DNA from: a virus
Direction: 5' to 3' (one strand)
Length of the DNA: 64,000 nt
Virus record (IMG/VR): IMGVR_UViG_3300006339_000005
Coordinates: 32,001 to 96,000 of that record
Shown in pieces: positions 28,241 to 38,386 of this stretch. A program made the translations under genes and the position numbers. Positions within the stretch are counted from its first letter, which is position 1. Each line of letters starts with the position of its first letter. The notes under the pieces are model-generated. The model searched no databases, had not been told where the DNA came from, and saw only the letters and a program-made list of their open reading frames with translations.

Positions 28241-28881
28241 ATATTGTTCGGTTCTATTTTTATCCAAGACATACTGCCTTGTCCTGTATTATTTTTATCT
28301 TGTCTTCTTATAGTTGTCAAAGAAAAATTATGCCCTTCAATAAACTTTTTATGCATTAATAAAAAGTTAGGTATATTATTTTCATTTAACTTATTAACTA
28401 AAAGTTTTGTGTAATAAAACCCTTCAAGATAATTACCTAATCCATCTATAAAAATAGACGAATAATCATTTATACTGGACAAAGCCCATGTTATTAATTT
28501 TTCAATAGTAACAACCTCTCTATCAAAATCAGAAAATACACAATCGACATTACTAATTGTTCTAAACCCTATTTCTTGGTTCAACAAAGTAAAATGATTT
28601 TGTATTTCTATTTTTTCAGCCATAGAATTAATAAACTCTGAATAAGTTTCACCAACTTGAGATACATATTCCATACCATTATCAATGGTTATACATTTAC
28701 CTACTCCATTTTCTTTCATTGCAGATGCAACGGCAAACGCAGTACAACCTAGTCCAGTGCCAAACTCTACAAAAGTGTTATAATGTTTCATTTTAGTTAA
28801 TGCATAAAAAAATAGTGAACTATCTTTAGTATTATATGCATCTCCAAAACGTTCTAAGTGAGTTAGTAATTCTAAGTTCAT
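28237..28881 (-). CDS. Class I SAM methyltransferase-like protein
   Basis: FVEFGTGLGCTAF...ITIDNG; DCVFSD. Confidence 0.6.
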   Translation of the reverse strand: MNLELLTHLERFGDAYNTKDSSLFFYALTKMKHYNTFVEFGTGLGCTAFAVASAMKENGVGKCITIDNGMEYVSQVGETYSEFINSMAEKIEIQNHFTLLNQEIGFRTISNVDCVFSDFDREVVTIEKLITWALSSINDYSSIFIDGLGNYLEGFYYTKLLVNKLNENNIPNFLLMHKKFIEGHNFSLTTIRRQDKNNTGQGSMSWIKIEPNNI

Positions 28882-30140
28882 TGTTTAATTTTCTTTATTA
28901 ATTCTGTTGTTGAATGTCCTTCTACTTTTGGAAATATAATAACATTAGCTAGTTCATGTCCTACAGTTGTTTCAACAGTATAGTCACCACCTTTTACAAT
29001 AACATCAGGATTAACTTTCTTGATAGCATTTAATGGTGTATCGTCATCAAAGATTACAACGGCATCTACCCATGGTAATATTTGTAATTGTTCAAGTCGT
29101 TTATCTTGATCATTAATTGGTCTATCATCACCTTTTAATTTTTTAACACTAGTATCACTATTAATTCCAACAATTAATTTTTTACCTTGCTTTTTTGCAA
29201 ACTTTAAAAGTTCCATATGACCCGTATGCAATATATCAAATACTCCATTAGTCCATACTATACCACGATTTAAATCTGCAGGTGTAACTGGAACTACACC
29301 ACGCTTTTCTACGCTACGAGTGGCGGCATAACAAGCAAGTTCACAAGCATGAGGTATATCTATACCCTTATTAAATGCATGAACAATAACTGCTAAAACA
29401 ATATCTCCAGCACCTGTAACATCTGCTACTTCTTTTGTATCTTCTTTAAAATAATTATATTCACCATCTGTATTTAAAACATGAATTCCATTAGCACCAT
29501 CAGTTACGACTAACCAAGTCCAATAATGATCTCGCATATATTCTAATGCATTAGTTTTATTATATTTGCCATTCCATTTTTCATATTCTTTCATATTAGG
29601 TTTAACTAAAAATGCAGAATCATAAAATCGTGCGTCTTGTTTTGGATCAACAAATATTTTGGTATTAAAAACATCTGCTTTAACTATTAACTCATAAACA
29701 GTATCTTCAGTAACGCTTCCTTTATTGTAATCACTAATTATAACAATATCATTATCTTTGTAATTCGTTTTTAGTCGTTGCCACGCTTCATCTCCATGAT
29801 GTGTTGTTTCTTTATCCCAACGTAAAAGATGTTGTCCTGTATTTCCTACTAATCTTGTTTTGGTTGTTGTAGTTTCAGAATCATTAGTTAAATTAACATC
29901 TATATTTGTATATGCTAATAGCTTAAGAATACGAAGACCTTCTTTATCCTTACCTATTGATCCATATAATTCTACATCATCATCAAGATGCTTTAAGTTA
30001 ACTGCTAAATTGGCGGCTCCGCCTAAATTAAATTTTTGATGCTTTTCATTTAAAACTAAAACATCTGCTTCCGGCGATACTCTTTCAGCAGTCCCAATAA
30101 TCCATCGATCAAGCATAATATCGCCATATACTTTAATCAT
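28878..30140 (-). CDS. hldE: Bifunctional heptose kinase/nucleotidyltransferase
   Basis: GDIMLDRW..G...R.SPEA, GGAANLA.N, ISDYNKG, VDPK, DVTGAGD (PfkB) plus TNGVFDILHTGH, VGINSD.SV..LKG..RP, VKGGDY. Confidence 0.92.
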   Translation of the reverse strand: MIKVYGDIMLDRWIIGTAERVSPEADVLVLNEKHQKFNLGGAANLAVNLKHLDDDVELYGSIGKDKEGLRILKLLAYTNIDVNLTNDSETTTTKTRLVGNTGQHLLRWDKETTHHGDEAWQRLKTNYKDNDIVIISDYNKGSVTEDTVYELIVKADVFNTKIFVDPKQDARFYDSAFLVKPNMKEYEKWNGKYNKTNALEYMRDHYWTWLVVTDGANGIHVLNTDGEYNYFKEDTKEVADVTGAGDIVLAVIVHAFNKGIDIPHACELACYAATRSVEKRGVVPVTPADLNRGIVWTNGVFDILHTGHMELLKFAKKQGKKLIVGINSDTSVKKLKGDDRPINDQDKRLEQLQILPWVDAVVIFDDDTPLNAIKKVNPDVIVKGGDYTVETTVGHELANVIIFPKVEGHSTTELIKKIKQ

Positions 30141-30576
30141 TTTTTTCCATCAACGATACTAATTTAAATACTGTTTCTAATTTTGTTAAATTTGCTTTAT
30201 TTTGTAATGTATTACGTAGCCCTTGATGTAATGGTTTGGGCCAATTATTAAAACTTACCCAAGCATATCCATTATGCTCTTCATTTAATTTTGGAATAAA
30301 TTCATTTTTTACAACACAAAGATAGGTATGGAAATTAAATTTATCATCTCTACTAACAAATGTTTCTAAAGGAATAGACTTTACGAGTTCAGGAAGAGAC
30401 CCGAGTTCTTCTTTTATTTCTCTTTGTAATGCTTGAAATGGAATTTCTTCACTTTCATTAGTACCACCAACAAGACCCCAAACGTTATTTTGTTTACTTT
30501 GGACTCTATGTAAAAATAAAAATCTTTGTGTATCTAATGTGTAAAAGAGAGCACCACTACATATTATATTAGCCAT
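30133..30576 (-). CDS. NUDIX hydrolase
   Basis: WGLVGGTNESEEIPFQALQREIKEELG Nudix box; LNEEHNGYAW. Confidence 0.88.
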   Translation of the reverse strand: MANIICSGALFYTLDTQRFLFLHRVQSKQNNVWGLVGGTNESEEIPFQALQREIKEELGSLPELVKSIPLETFVSRDDKFNFHTYLCVVKNEFIPKLNEEHNGYAWVSFNNWPKPLHQGLRNTLQNKANLTKLETVFKLVSLMEKND

Positions 30577-30589
30577 ACTAATAATTATG

Positions 30590-32044
30590 CTAAAGTGCTA
30601 GTCGCCAAGTGCCTTCCCGGTATTCACCTTCGAAGCTTAATGTCCATGCTGTACCGTCCCATTTATATTGGATACCGGTATTAAGGTTGGTTGTATATTT
30701 GATATCTACAGTTGAATCAGATCCATCATTATCACTAGCATTGAATACAATAGTCCACACATTACCATCCCATTCGATTATATCATTTTCTGATGCAATG
30801 AAATCATCACCAGCTGTACTTTTCCAAGCATCTGCACCATCTTGGTTTACCTCAGCACCAATATCACCTAATAATAAGATTCTAATACCACTTACTTTAA
30901 CATCTGTAGGATTGGTTCTTGTTGGATCAATTATATAATCAATAGTTCCTTTAGTAATTGCTGGTCCGTCAAATACTGAATTAGTTGGAATAGTATCTGT
31001 ATCCCAGTTTACAATAAGTTGTGTTTCGTCTAATTCATTAAGTGCAAATGTTCCTATAACACTTCCTAAATCTAACCTGCTTAAATAAATTTTACTTAAT
31101 CCTGCTATGTACTCTCCAGGTAATACATCTAAAACTATACGCCAATTTAATTCACCAGCAATACCTTTGTCACCTAATACAACAATATTATTAGTTACTA
31201 TTATATCATAATCTTTAAATGTAGTAATTGCTAATGAAGTTGTATCAGTTCTACTAGCTGTTCCATGTTTCTCAGTATCAACTGTTGTGTCATCATCACC
31301 TTTAACATCTTGTCCTGGTGAGTCATCGTGTTTTACAAGTTCAGGTGTTGCTGAACCTAAATTAATTGTACCTTGGCTTTCATCAAAAATACTCATTACA
31401 ATAGCTGTTATAACACCTAACTTTTTAACCTTAGCAGGAGGTGATAACCAAATAGGAGTACTAAACCCTAGTTGTCCAACATCAATCATACTTTCTGTAC
31501 CTATAGGAATACTTCTAGTTGAGAACTGAATGTTTTCTAAATCTACTACACTTAAACTAGTCCAGTCAATATAATTATCAGTTGTTTGAATTTCTAAACT
31601 TGGGTTAAACAAAGTTAATATTTGTTCTATTATTTGTAATTTTTGTTCTGTATTAGTTGACCAAATATCACAATTTATACCTAACTTAAATGGTGTTGGT
31701 GCTAATCGTTCTACGGTGTAATTTTGTCCTTGCGTATTTAAATATTCATTATTTTCACTATCATATGTACGTTCACGTAAATGAATTTTACCTATATACG
31801 ATGCATCTATAGTTCTTTGTCTATCCATTTCTAAAGTAGTTACATAAACACTTATTCTAGGAGCACTAGGTATTTTATTTTCACTATTATCACGTATGAT
31901 ATGACCAACCTGACGGGTGATGTCGCCATACATTACAGGTATTTGTGTTAAGTTACCCTTGCCATCTTTATAAGAAAAGTTACTAAACAACCTTATAAGC
32001 TGAGTAATGTAACGTCTTATTTGACCATCGTAAAAATGTTGCAT
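30590..32044 (-). CDS. Tail terminator/sheath stabiliser (T4 gp15-like) with C-terminal extension
   Basis: HFYDGQIRRY...IPVMYG...PRISVY...P.P..L.....IW...EQ.LQI.EQIL.LFNP pattern; neck/tail context. Confidence 0.7.
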   Translation of the reverse strand: MQHFYDGQIRRYITQLIRLFSNFSYKDGKGNLTQIPVMYGDITRQVGHIIRDNSENKIPSAPRISVYVTTLEMDRQRTIDASYIGKIHLRERTYDSENNEYLNTQGQNYTVERLAPTPFKLGINCDIWSTNTEQKLQIIEQILTLFNPSLEIQTTDNYIDWTSLSVVDLENIQFSTRSIPIGTESMIDVGQLGFSTPIWLSPPAKVKKLGVITAIVMSIFDESQGTINLGSATPELVKHDDSPGQDVKGDDDTTVDTEKHGTASRTDTTSLAITTFKDYDIIVTNNIVVLGDKGIAGELNWRIVLDVLPGEYIAGLSKIYLSRLDLGSVIGTFALNELDETQLIVNWDTDTIPTNSVFDGPAITKGTIDYIIDPTRTNPTDVKVSGIRILLLGDIGAEVNQDGADAWKSTAGDDFIASENDIIEWDGNVWTIVFNASDNDGSDSTVDIKYTTNLNTGIQYKWDGTAWTLSFEGEYREGTWRLAL

Positions 32045-33201
32045 TAATTATCTGCCTTCGGTTTAATTGCTTTAGACAATGGTTGACGTTCTTGAACAAC
32101 CTGACCGCCTATCTCTGCTTCTCCAGTATTATTAATAAATCCAGTTTTTAGTGTAGCTCTTGTGTCTGTATTAGTTAATGTCATACGTACTGAGTCTTCC
32201 ATCTTAATCCATCTGCCTCCATCATATCTAAATAATCTATTAGGTAAGAAATCTGTTCTTAAGAAATAATCACCTTTAATTTGTTGTGTTGGAAATCCTA
32301 TACCATGACCAAACGCTTCTCCGTTTGGTGCTATTCCATCACCTAATAAGTAACCATCATAACCATTTCGTTCAGGTGTTTGGTTAACTCTGTCTGCTAA
32401 CAATCCAGCCTGTGAAGCATCTAATGTATCAATGTCTGTTGTAACAAGTTCTGGTTTACCATCTTTATCAACTTGTAATGTATATAAATGTTGTGTTTCA
32501 TATCCTGACTTAGGTGCATCAGCTTCTGCTTGGGAAACTACCGCCTCATTAATTTGCATTTCTTGTTCATAAGTAGACAATACATCACGTAATGTATTAG
32601 CTGATCCTTCTTCTGCTGGTAGGTCAAGTATTTCTTTAAACTCTTGACTATCTACAATTTGTTTCATTTTTACACGATACAAATGTGGATACCAAGTTTG
32701 GCTAAATCCTTCTGCCGCTCTATTAACATCTTCAACAACATAAAAACGTTTTAGTGCAAGACTAAAGTCGTTAAGTGCATGGGGATCTTTTAAGTGAGGT
32801 AATTCTATTACATCACCTGACATAATTTTTCTACCTAATGTTTTAACACTATCATTAATATGCACAGTCATAAACAATGTATCATTTTGTAAAAATAAAC
32901 CAAATTGACTCATATCAAAGTCAATGTCTTGTACATTGTAAATACCTCTAGTATGATAAATGTCAGGATCATACTTTCTATCCCTATTTTCAAGGAATAG
33001 CATATCTTGTATATTTGTTTCTTTTACCGCATCATAGCGAGGTTGGTCAGCTGTAGCATCTGCTTCTTCAGGATTTTGTGGTCCTAAATACTTGTGAATA
33101 AAAACGTCAGTTCCACCGACTTGAAACATCTCCCCAATGTGCTTATCTAGGAAGACATAATCGTCACCGCGTTCGGGCTTATATAGTGTTAGTCTAGGCA
33201 T
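32044..33201 (-). CDS. Neck/head-closure protein (T4 gp14-like)
   Basis: FQVGGTDVFIHKYLG...QFGLFLQND.LF..GDVIELP; context. Confidence 0.65.
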   Translation of the reverse strand: MPRLTLYKPERGDDYVFLDKHIGEMFQVGGTDVFIHKYLGPQNPEEADATADQPRYDAVKETNIQDMLFLENRDRKYDPDIYHTRGIYNVQDIDFDMSQFGLFLQNDTLFMTVHINDSVKTLGRKIMSGDVIELPHLKDPHALNDFSLALKRFYVVEDVNRAAEGFSQTWYPHLYRVKMKQIVDSQEFKEILDLPAEEGSANTLRDVLSTYEQEMQINEAVVSQAEADAPKSGYETQHLYTLQVDKDGKPELVTTDIDTLDASQAGLLADRVNQTPERNGYDGYLLGDGIAPNGEAFGHGIGFPTQQIKGDYFLRTDFLPNRLFRYDGGRWIKMEDSVRMTLTNTDTRATLKTGFINNTGEAEIGGQVVQERQPLSKAIKPKADN

Positions 33202-33209
33202 CGTAACAG

Positions 33210-33239
33210 TATTTATTCGATGTCGGTATACGATAAATA
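33210..33239. promoter_or_regulatory. Back-to-back T4-like late promoters (minus AATAAATA 33210-33217; plus GATAAATA 33232-33239)
   Basis: Resemble T4 late consensus TATAAATA; lie between the divergent neck genes. Confidence 0.75.
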
Positions 33240-33258
33240 CATATGGAGAGCATACAAT

Positions 33259-34017
33259 ATGAGCGATTTAGCTACACAAAAACAAGAAGTATTTGACTAT
33301 GTAAACCTATCATTAGGTGGGGGTATGGTTGATGTTGAGCTAGACCCAGCTCATTATGAAGAAGCCCTTAAAAAGGCCTTTGCTAAATTTAGACAACGAT
33401 CTGATAATTCTGTTGAAGAATCGTATTTGTTTTTACCAACAGTAGTTGATCAAAATACTTATATTTTACCAGAAGAAGTGGTTGAAGTTAGACGTATACA
33501 TAGACGGTCAATTGGATCACGTACTGGTGGTGGTGATGGCGGCACATTATTTGAACCTTTTAATTTAGCATATACAAATACCTATCTATTAGCAAGTACA
33601 AATATGGGTGGATTAGCTACATATGAATTATTTGCAGGGTATCAAGAACTTGTTGGAAGAATGTTTGGTAGTTTTATTGAATTTAAATGGAACACTACTA
33701 CTAAAGAATTAACAATATTACAACGTCCTCGTGCTGAAGAAGAATTACTATTATATGCTTATAATTTCCGTCCAGATAGCCAATTATTAAAAGACTATCT
33801 AGCTGTACAATGGTTAAAAGATTATACACTTGCTACTTGTAAATATATGCTTGGTGAAGCACGAAGCAAATTTGCCACAGTAGCTGGTCCACAAGGTGGT
33901 ACATCACTTAATGGTGATGCTCTAAAAGCCGAAGCTATTGCTGAAATACAGCAACTTGATGAAGAACTTAAATTACAAGTTGCAGGTGGGCAAGGTTACG
34001 GCTTCTCAATTGGTTAA
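33259..34017 (+). CDS. Neck protein (T4 gp13-like); start revised to MSDLATQK
   Basis: GGAG SD at 33245-33248; LGGGMVDVELDP.HY, ...GPQGG..LNG..LK.EA pattern. Confidence 0.8.
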   Translation: MSDLATQKQEVFDYVNLSLGGGMVDVELDPAHYEEALKKAFAKFRQRSDNSVEESYLFLPTVVDQNTYILPEEVVEVRRIHRRSIGSRTGGGDGGTLFEPFNLAYTNTYLLASTNMGGLATYELFAGYQELVGRMFGSFIEFKWNTTTKELTILQRPRAEEELLLYAYNFRPDSQLLKDYLAVQWLKDYTLATCKYMLGEARSKFATVAGPQGGTSLNGDALKAEAIAEIQQLDEELKLQVAGGQGYGFSIG

Positions 34018-34025
34018 AATTACAC

Positions 34026-34054
34026 TTGACATTTAACTAAATTCCTCGTATAAT
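34026..34054 (+). promoter_or_regulatory. Consensus sigma70-type promoter
   Basis: TTGACA-N17-TATAAT. Confidence 0.9.
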
Positions 34055-34080
34055 ATAAACATAATATGAGGAATAATCAA

Positions 34081-34674
34081 ATGGTAATTGGAATCTGTGG
34101 GCTTATTAGCTCGGGTAAAGATACAATAGCGGATTATTTAATTAAAGAGCATAACTTCCAAAAAATTTCATTTGCAGATAAGCTAAAAGATAGTGTAGCG
34201 GCTATGTTTAATTGGGACCGTGAATTACTTGACGGCAAAACTGTTGAAAGCAGAGAATGGCGTGAAACAGTCGATACTTACTGGACTAATGAAATAGGAC
34301 GTGAAATCACACCTAGACTAGTATTACAATTATTTGGTACAGAATGTATGCGTAACGGATTTTATGATGGTATATGGGTTAGTTTAACTAAGAAGAAAAT
34401 ACTAGATAATCCAGATACTAACTATGTTATTCCAGATACACGCTTCCCAAATGAAGCTAAAATGTTGTATGAAATCAACGGAGAAGTTTGGCGTGTTAAA
34501 CGTGGAGAAGATCCAGCTTGGTTTAGTGAATATCAAGAATTAGGTGTTGAACCTACCAACCAACACCCTAGTGAATGGGCTTGGGCACAAACTAAATTTA
34601 AACATATTATTGATAATAACGGTACTATTCCTGAACTTAAAAGTCAGGTACTAAATCTCCTTGTTTCCAAGTAA
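34081..34674 (+). CDS. Deoxynucleoside monophosphate kinase (T4 gp1-like); start revised to MVIGICG
   Basis: IGICGLISSGKDT P-loop, SFADKLKD, PRLVLQLFGTE..R, VIPD.RF.NE, H.SE. Confidence 0.9.
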   Translation: MVIGICGLISSGKDTIADYLIKEHNFQKISFADKLKDSVAAMFNWDRELLDGKTVESREWRETVDTYWTNEIGREITPRLVLQLFGTECMRNGFYDGIWVSLTKKKILDNPDTNYVIPDTRFPNEAKMLYEINGEVWRVKRGEDPAWFSEYQELGVEPTNQHPSEWAWAQTKFKHIIDNNGTIPELKSQVLNLLVSK

Positions 34675-34975
34675 TACCTTCTTTATATAAAATCTTACTA
34701 CAATTTGCACAAACAGTTTTTAAGTTTGATGTGCGAACATTATTAAGATTTCCATCTACATAATAAACATGAAATTGTTCTTTATGTTTACTACGAAACG
34801 CACACTTATCACAAACAGTTTTTTTAATGTAACCAGCTAACGCCCACTTCGATGGTCCACGTTCTTTGCCTCCATGTTTAGCACAGTTCTCACAAAGGCT
34901 CCGATAATAAGGAACTCCTTTCTTATAATAATTAAGTGCTACCGGCTTTTTACCGCATTTGCATAAAGGTCTCAT
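34637..34975 (-). CDS. Zn-finger HNH-endonuclease-like protein; start revised to MRPLCKCG
   Basis: CxC...CxxC, CxxC, VDGNLNN..TSNLKTVCANC; TATAAATA 5 nt upstream. Confidence 0.7.
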   Translation of the reverse strand: MRPLCKCGKKPVALNYYKKGVPYYRSLCENCAKHGGKERGPSKWALAGYIKKTVCDKCAFRSKHKEQFHVYYVDGNLNNVRTSNLKTVCANCSKILYKEGITWKQGDLVPDF

Positions 34976-34980
34976 GATAG

Positions 34981-35065
34981 TATTTATACCTCCCCTTTTC
35001 ACTTCCCTTTTCAAGACTATTTTTGCGGTGTATTGAGACCCGTTTTTGGAGAATTGATATAAATA
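34981..35065. promoter_or_regulatory. Divergent perfect T4 late promoters (minus TATAAATA 34981-34988; plus TATAAATA 35058-35065)
   Basis: Exact T4 late consensus on both strands. Confidence 0.85.
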
Positions 35066-35104
35066 CTAGCAACGAGATGACTATGTCCAACGGGAGAACA
35101 TACA

Positions 35105-38100
35105 ATGGCTAATTTAGTATCACCAGGCGTACAAGTTCAAGTTATAGACGAAAGTTTCTATACACCAGCTGAACCGGGTACAGTACCTATGATATTCTTT
35201 GTATCTGCACAAGATAAGGCAAATGGTGCAGGAACAGGAACAGCGACAGGTACCACACAAAAACAAGCAGGAACACCTTTCTTGCTAACATCACAAAGAG
35301 AATTAACAGAAACATTTGGAGATCCAAGTTTCTATACAGATACAAATAACAATCCAATTAATGGCAGTGAGCTTAACGAATACGGATTACAAGCGGCTTA
35401 TTCATACCTAGGTGTGAGTAACAGAGCATGGGTAACAAGAGCTGACGTTAACACTACAGAATTACTTGCAACGGCAACTGAGCCGGCGGCAGATCCTGCA
35501 GATGGAACATTTTGGTTTGATACAGGAAATACTTTATGGGGCATTTTTGAATGGAACGCTAACGCGGCTACTGTCACTGGTGGACAGACATTTACTAATA
35601 AAATACCTTATGTAATAACAGACGAAACTAAAGTAACATCAGGCGTACCTAAGACATCCGTTGGTCAAGTAGGAGATTACGCCGTTGTTGCAACAACTAC
35701 ATTAAACAAAATATTTTACAAAAACACAGGAGGTGTTTGGGTACAATTAGGAACAACTAATTGGGTTTCAGCACATCCGACAGTAACAGGAACAGAAAGC
35801 AATCCAACTATTACAAACACAGCTAGTATGAGTGTTAATGCTACAGTTGTAACTTCAGGTGGAACAGCTTTAGCTGATGTTGTAAGTGCTCTTAACGGAG
35901 CAAGTATTGCCGGTGTAACTTCAGCGGTTGTTGATGGTAAATTTGAAATTTACTCAACAGGCGTAGATGTTGTATTAGCAACAAACAGTTCAACATTACT
36001 TTCAGAAATTGGTTTAACAGCTGGAACATTTAAAGCACCAGCATTACAAATTACACCGCATACTGACGTACCAGAATTTAAATTGTCTGATACTGCACCA
36101 AGACCAACAGGGTCTATTTGGATTAAAACTACACAACCTAACTTAGGTGCTCGTTTTAGAGTTAAGAAATTTAACGGAACGACTAATCTTTGGGAAGATG
36201 TTGTAGCACCAATGTACAGTACTAATCATTCAGCATTGTTTAACTTAGACAAAGCTGGTGGCGGAGTTAATCTAGCAGTAGGTACTTTATTTGTTAATTA
36301 CAATAACGCTGAAGTTAGTCCAATTTTAGCAGATTTTAAAATTCATAGACGTATTTCTACAGGAAACACAACTATTACAAGTGATATAATTGCCGCTCAA
36401 CTTACAGCGAACACTTATGCATTTAATATCCAAGAGTCTATTGTTGGACAAGAAGCTCTAGGAGCAGATGTAACAGTTAGTGTTACAACTACAGCGGCAT
36501 CAAGTGATGCTGACGAAATTGCAGGTGCAATTAACTCAGCAGGATTTACTAACGTTGAAGCTTCAGTAGATGCTTCAAATAGAATTGTTATTTCACATAA
36601 TGATGGTGGTGAATTCCGTATTGAAGATACCGGTGGCGTACTTACCTTAGCTGGATATATAGCTTATGTAGATACTACAACAGGTACACCTAACTTGTAT
36701 GCGGCGCCAACAGGCGACAGTACACACAGTTTAGTTGCAAGTAACTGGCAAGTATTAACTTATACAGCAGGATCAGATGCACCAACTGCCTTAACAACAG
36801 ATAACAGATTATGGTACAGTTCAATTGTTGACGAAGTTGACATGATGGTCCACAATGGTACTACTTGGGTAGGATATCAAGATTCGACTAGCCCGTTTTA
36901 TGCGGTTGCGTCAGCTGATAAAACTGACCCAGCTGGTCCGATTGTAGCGGCAACAGAGCCAACTGTACAATCAGATGGTACTGCACTTAAAAATGGTGAC
37001 CTTTGGATTTCAACAGCAGATGTTGAAAACTATCCACAAATTTACAAATATAACGGATCTACTTTAAAGTTTGTTTTAATTGATTCAAGTGATCAAACAA
37101 CTGAAGATGGCGTTTTATTTGCAGATGCACGTTACAATACAGCAGGTGCTAATTCAGATAAAGACGGAACTATTGCGGCACTATTAGTAAGTAACTTTAT
37201 TGATACTGACGCTCCAGATCCAGCACTATATCCAAAAGGTATGTTGCTTTATAATCTACGTAGAAGTGGTTTTAATGTTAAAAAGTTTGTTCGTAACTAT
37301 GTTAACACATCTACAGACAATATTAGATTTGGCGACGAATCACAAGATGCCTACTATGCACACCGTTGGGTTACTGAATCAGCTAACCAACCAAATGGTG
37401 CAGGTAGCTTTGGACGTAAAGCACAACGTAAAGTTGTTGTACAAGGACTTCAAGCACTAGTAAATAGCAACCAGAAAATTAGAGATGATGAATCAAGGTT
37501 GTTTAACTTAATGGCTTGTCCTGGATATCCAGAACTAATTGGTGAAATGGTTACATTAAACTATGATAGAAGCCTAAGTGCATTTATTATAGGTGACTCA
37601 CCGTTTAGGTTAACACCGGATGCAACTTCACTTAACAACTGGGGCAAAAATACAGCTCTAGCAGTTGAAGATAATGACGATGGGCTTGTTACTTTTGATG
37701 AATACTTAGGTGTATTTTATCCAAGTTTATTCACAAGTGACAACGCAGGTAACAACGTAGTTGTTCCACCAAGTCATGCAACATTAAGAACATTTGCATT
37801 AAGCGATCAAGTTTCGTTTCCATGGTTTGCACCAGCAGGAACAAGACGTGGTGGCATTACAAACGCAAGTGCGGCAGGTTACATTGACAACGAAGGTGAA
37901 TTTGTAAGTACTGCACTTAATGAAGGGCAACGTGACACGTTATATAGCAACGCTATTAACCCAATTACGTTCCTAACAGGAGCAGGGTTAGTAATCTTTG
38001 GACAAAAGACAAGAGCCAAGAATGCATCGGCACTTGATAGAATTAACGTAGCACGTCTAGTAATTTACTTACGTGGGCAACTTAAAAAACTTGCTAAACC

Positions 38101-38353
38101 TTATATCTTTGAACCAAATGATAAGATTACGCGAGACGAAATTAAGGCGCAAACTGATACTTTGCTACTTGAACTAGTTGGTCAAAGAGCACTTTATGAC
38201 TTCTTAGTTGTGTGTGATGAATCAAACAACACTCCAGCTAGAATCGATCGTAATGAGCTTTATTTAGATATTGCCATAGAGCCAGTGAAAGCAGTTGAAT
38301 TTATTTACATTCCACTAAGGCTTAAAAATACTGGTGAAATAGCGGGACTGTAA
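35105..38353 (+). CDS. Tail sheath protein (T4 gp18-like, enlarged to 1082 aa)
   Basis: LVSPGVQVQVIDES, FGDP.F, WFAPAG.RRG, LY.N.INPI, FGQKT, ALDRINV.RL, FEPND..TR, IEPVKAVEFIYI. Confidence 0.95.
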   Translation: MANLVSPGVQVQVIDESFYTPAEPGTVPMIFFVSAQDKANGAGTGTATGTTQKQAGTPFLLTSQRELTETFGDPSFYTDTNNNPINGSELNEYGLQAAYSYLGVSNRAWVTRADVNTTELLATATEPAADPADGTFWFDTGNTLWGIFEWNANAATVTGGQTFTNKIPYVITDETKVTSGVPKTSVGQVGDYAVVATTTLNKIFYKNTGGVWVQLGTTNWVSAHPTVTGTESNPTITNTASMSVNATVVTSGGTALADVVSALNGASIAGVTSAVVDGKFEIYSTGVDVVLATNSSTLLSEIGLTAGTFKAPALQITPHTDVPEFKLSDTAPRPTGSIWIKTTQPNLGARFRVKKFNGTTNLWEDVVAPMYSTNHSALFNLDKAGGGVNLAVGTLFVNYNNAEVSPILADFKIHRRISTGNTTITSDIIAAQLTANTYAFNIQESIVGQEALGADVTVSVTTTAASSDADEIAGAINSAGFTNVEASVDASNRIVISHNDGGEFRIEDTGGVLTLAGYIAYVDTTTGTPNLYAAPTGDSTHSLVASNWQVLTYTAGSDAPTALTTDNRLWYSSIVDEVDMMVHNGTTWVGYQDSTSPFYAVASADKTDPAGPIVAATEPTVQSDGTALKNGDLWISTADVENYPQIYKYNGSTLKFVLIDSSDQTTEDGVLFADARYNTAGANSDKDGTIAALLVSNFIDTDAPDPALYPKGMLLYNLRRSGFNVKKFVRNYVNTSTDNIRFGDESQDAYYAHRWVTESANQPNGAGSFGRKAQRKVVVQGLQALVNSNQKIRDDESRLFNLMACPGYPELIGEMVTLNYDRSLSAFIIGDSPFRLTPDATSLNNWGKNTALAVEDNDDGLVTFDEYLGVFYPSLFTSDNAGNNVVVPPSHATLRTFALSDQVSFPWFAPAGTRRGGITNASAAGYIDNEGEFVSTALNEGQRDTLYSNAINPITFLTGAGLVIFGQKTRAKNASALDRINVARLVIYLRGQLKKLAKPYIFEPNDKITRDEIKAQTDTLLLELVGQRALYDFLVVCDESNNTPARIDRNELYLDIAIEPVKAVEFIYIPLRLKNTGEIAGL

Positions 38354-38386
38354 AATGATAAATACTATTAACGAGGAGATATTATA

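Noticed and set aside
34976-35014. ORF-track N-terminal extension MKREVKRGGINTI of the HNH gene
   Set aside because: It is a translation of the intergenic purine tract and promoter; the real start is more likely the ATG at 34975.
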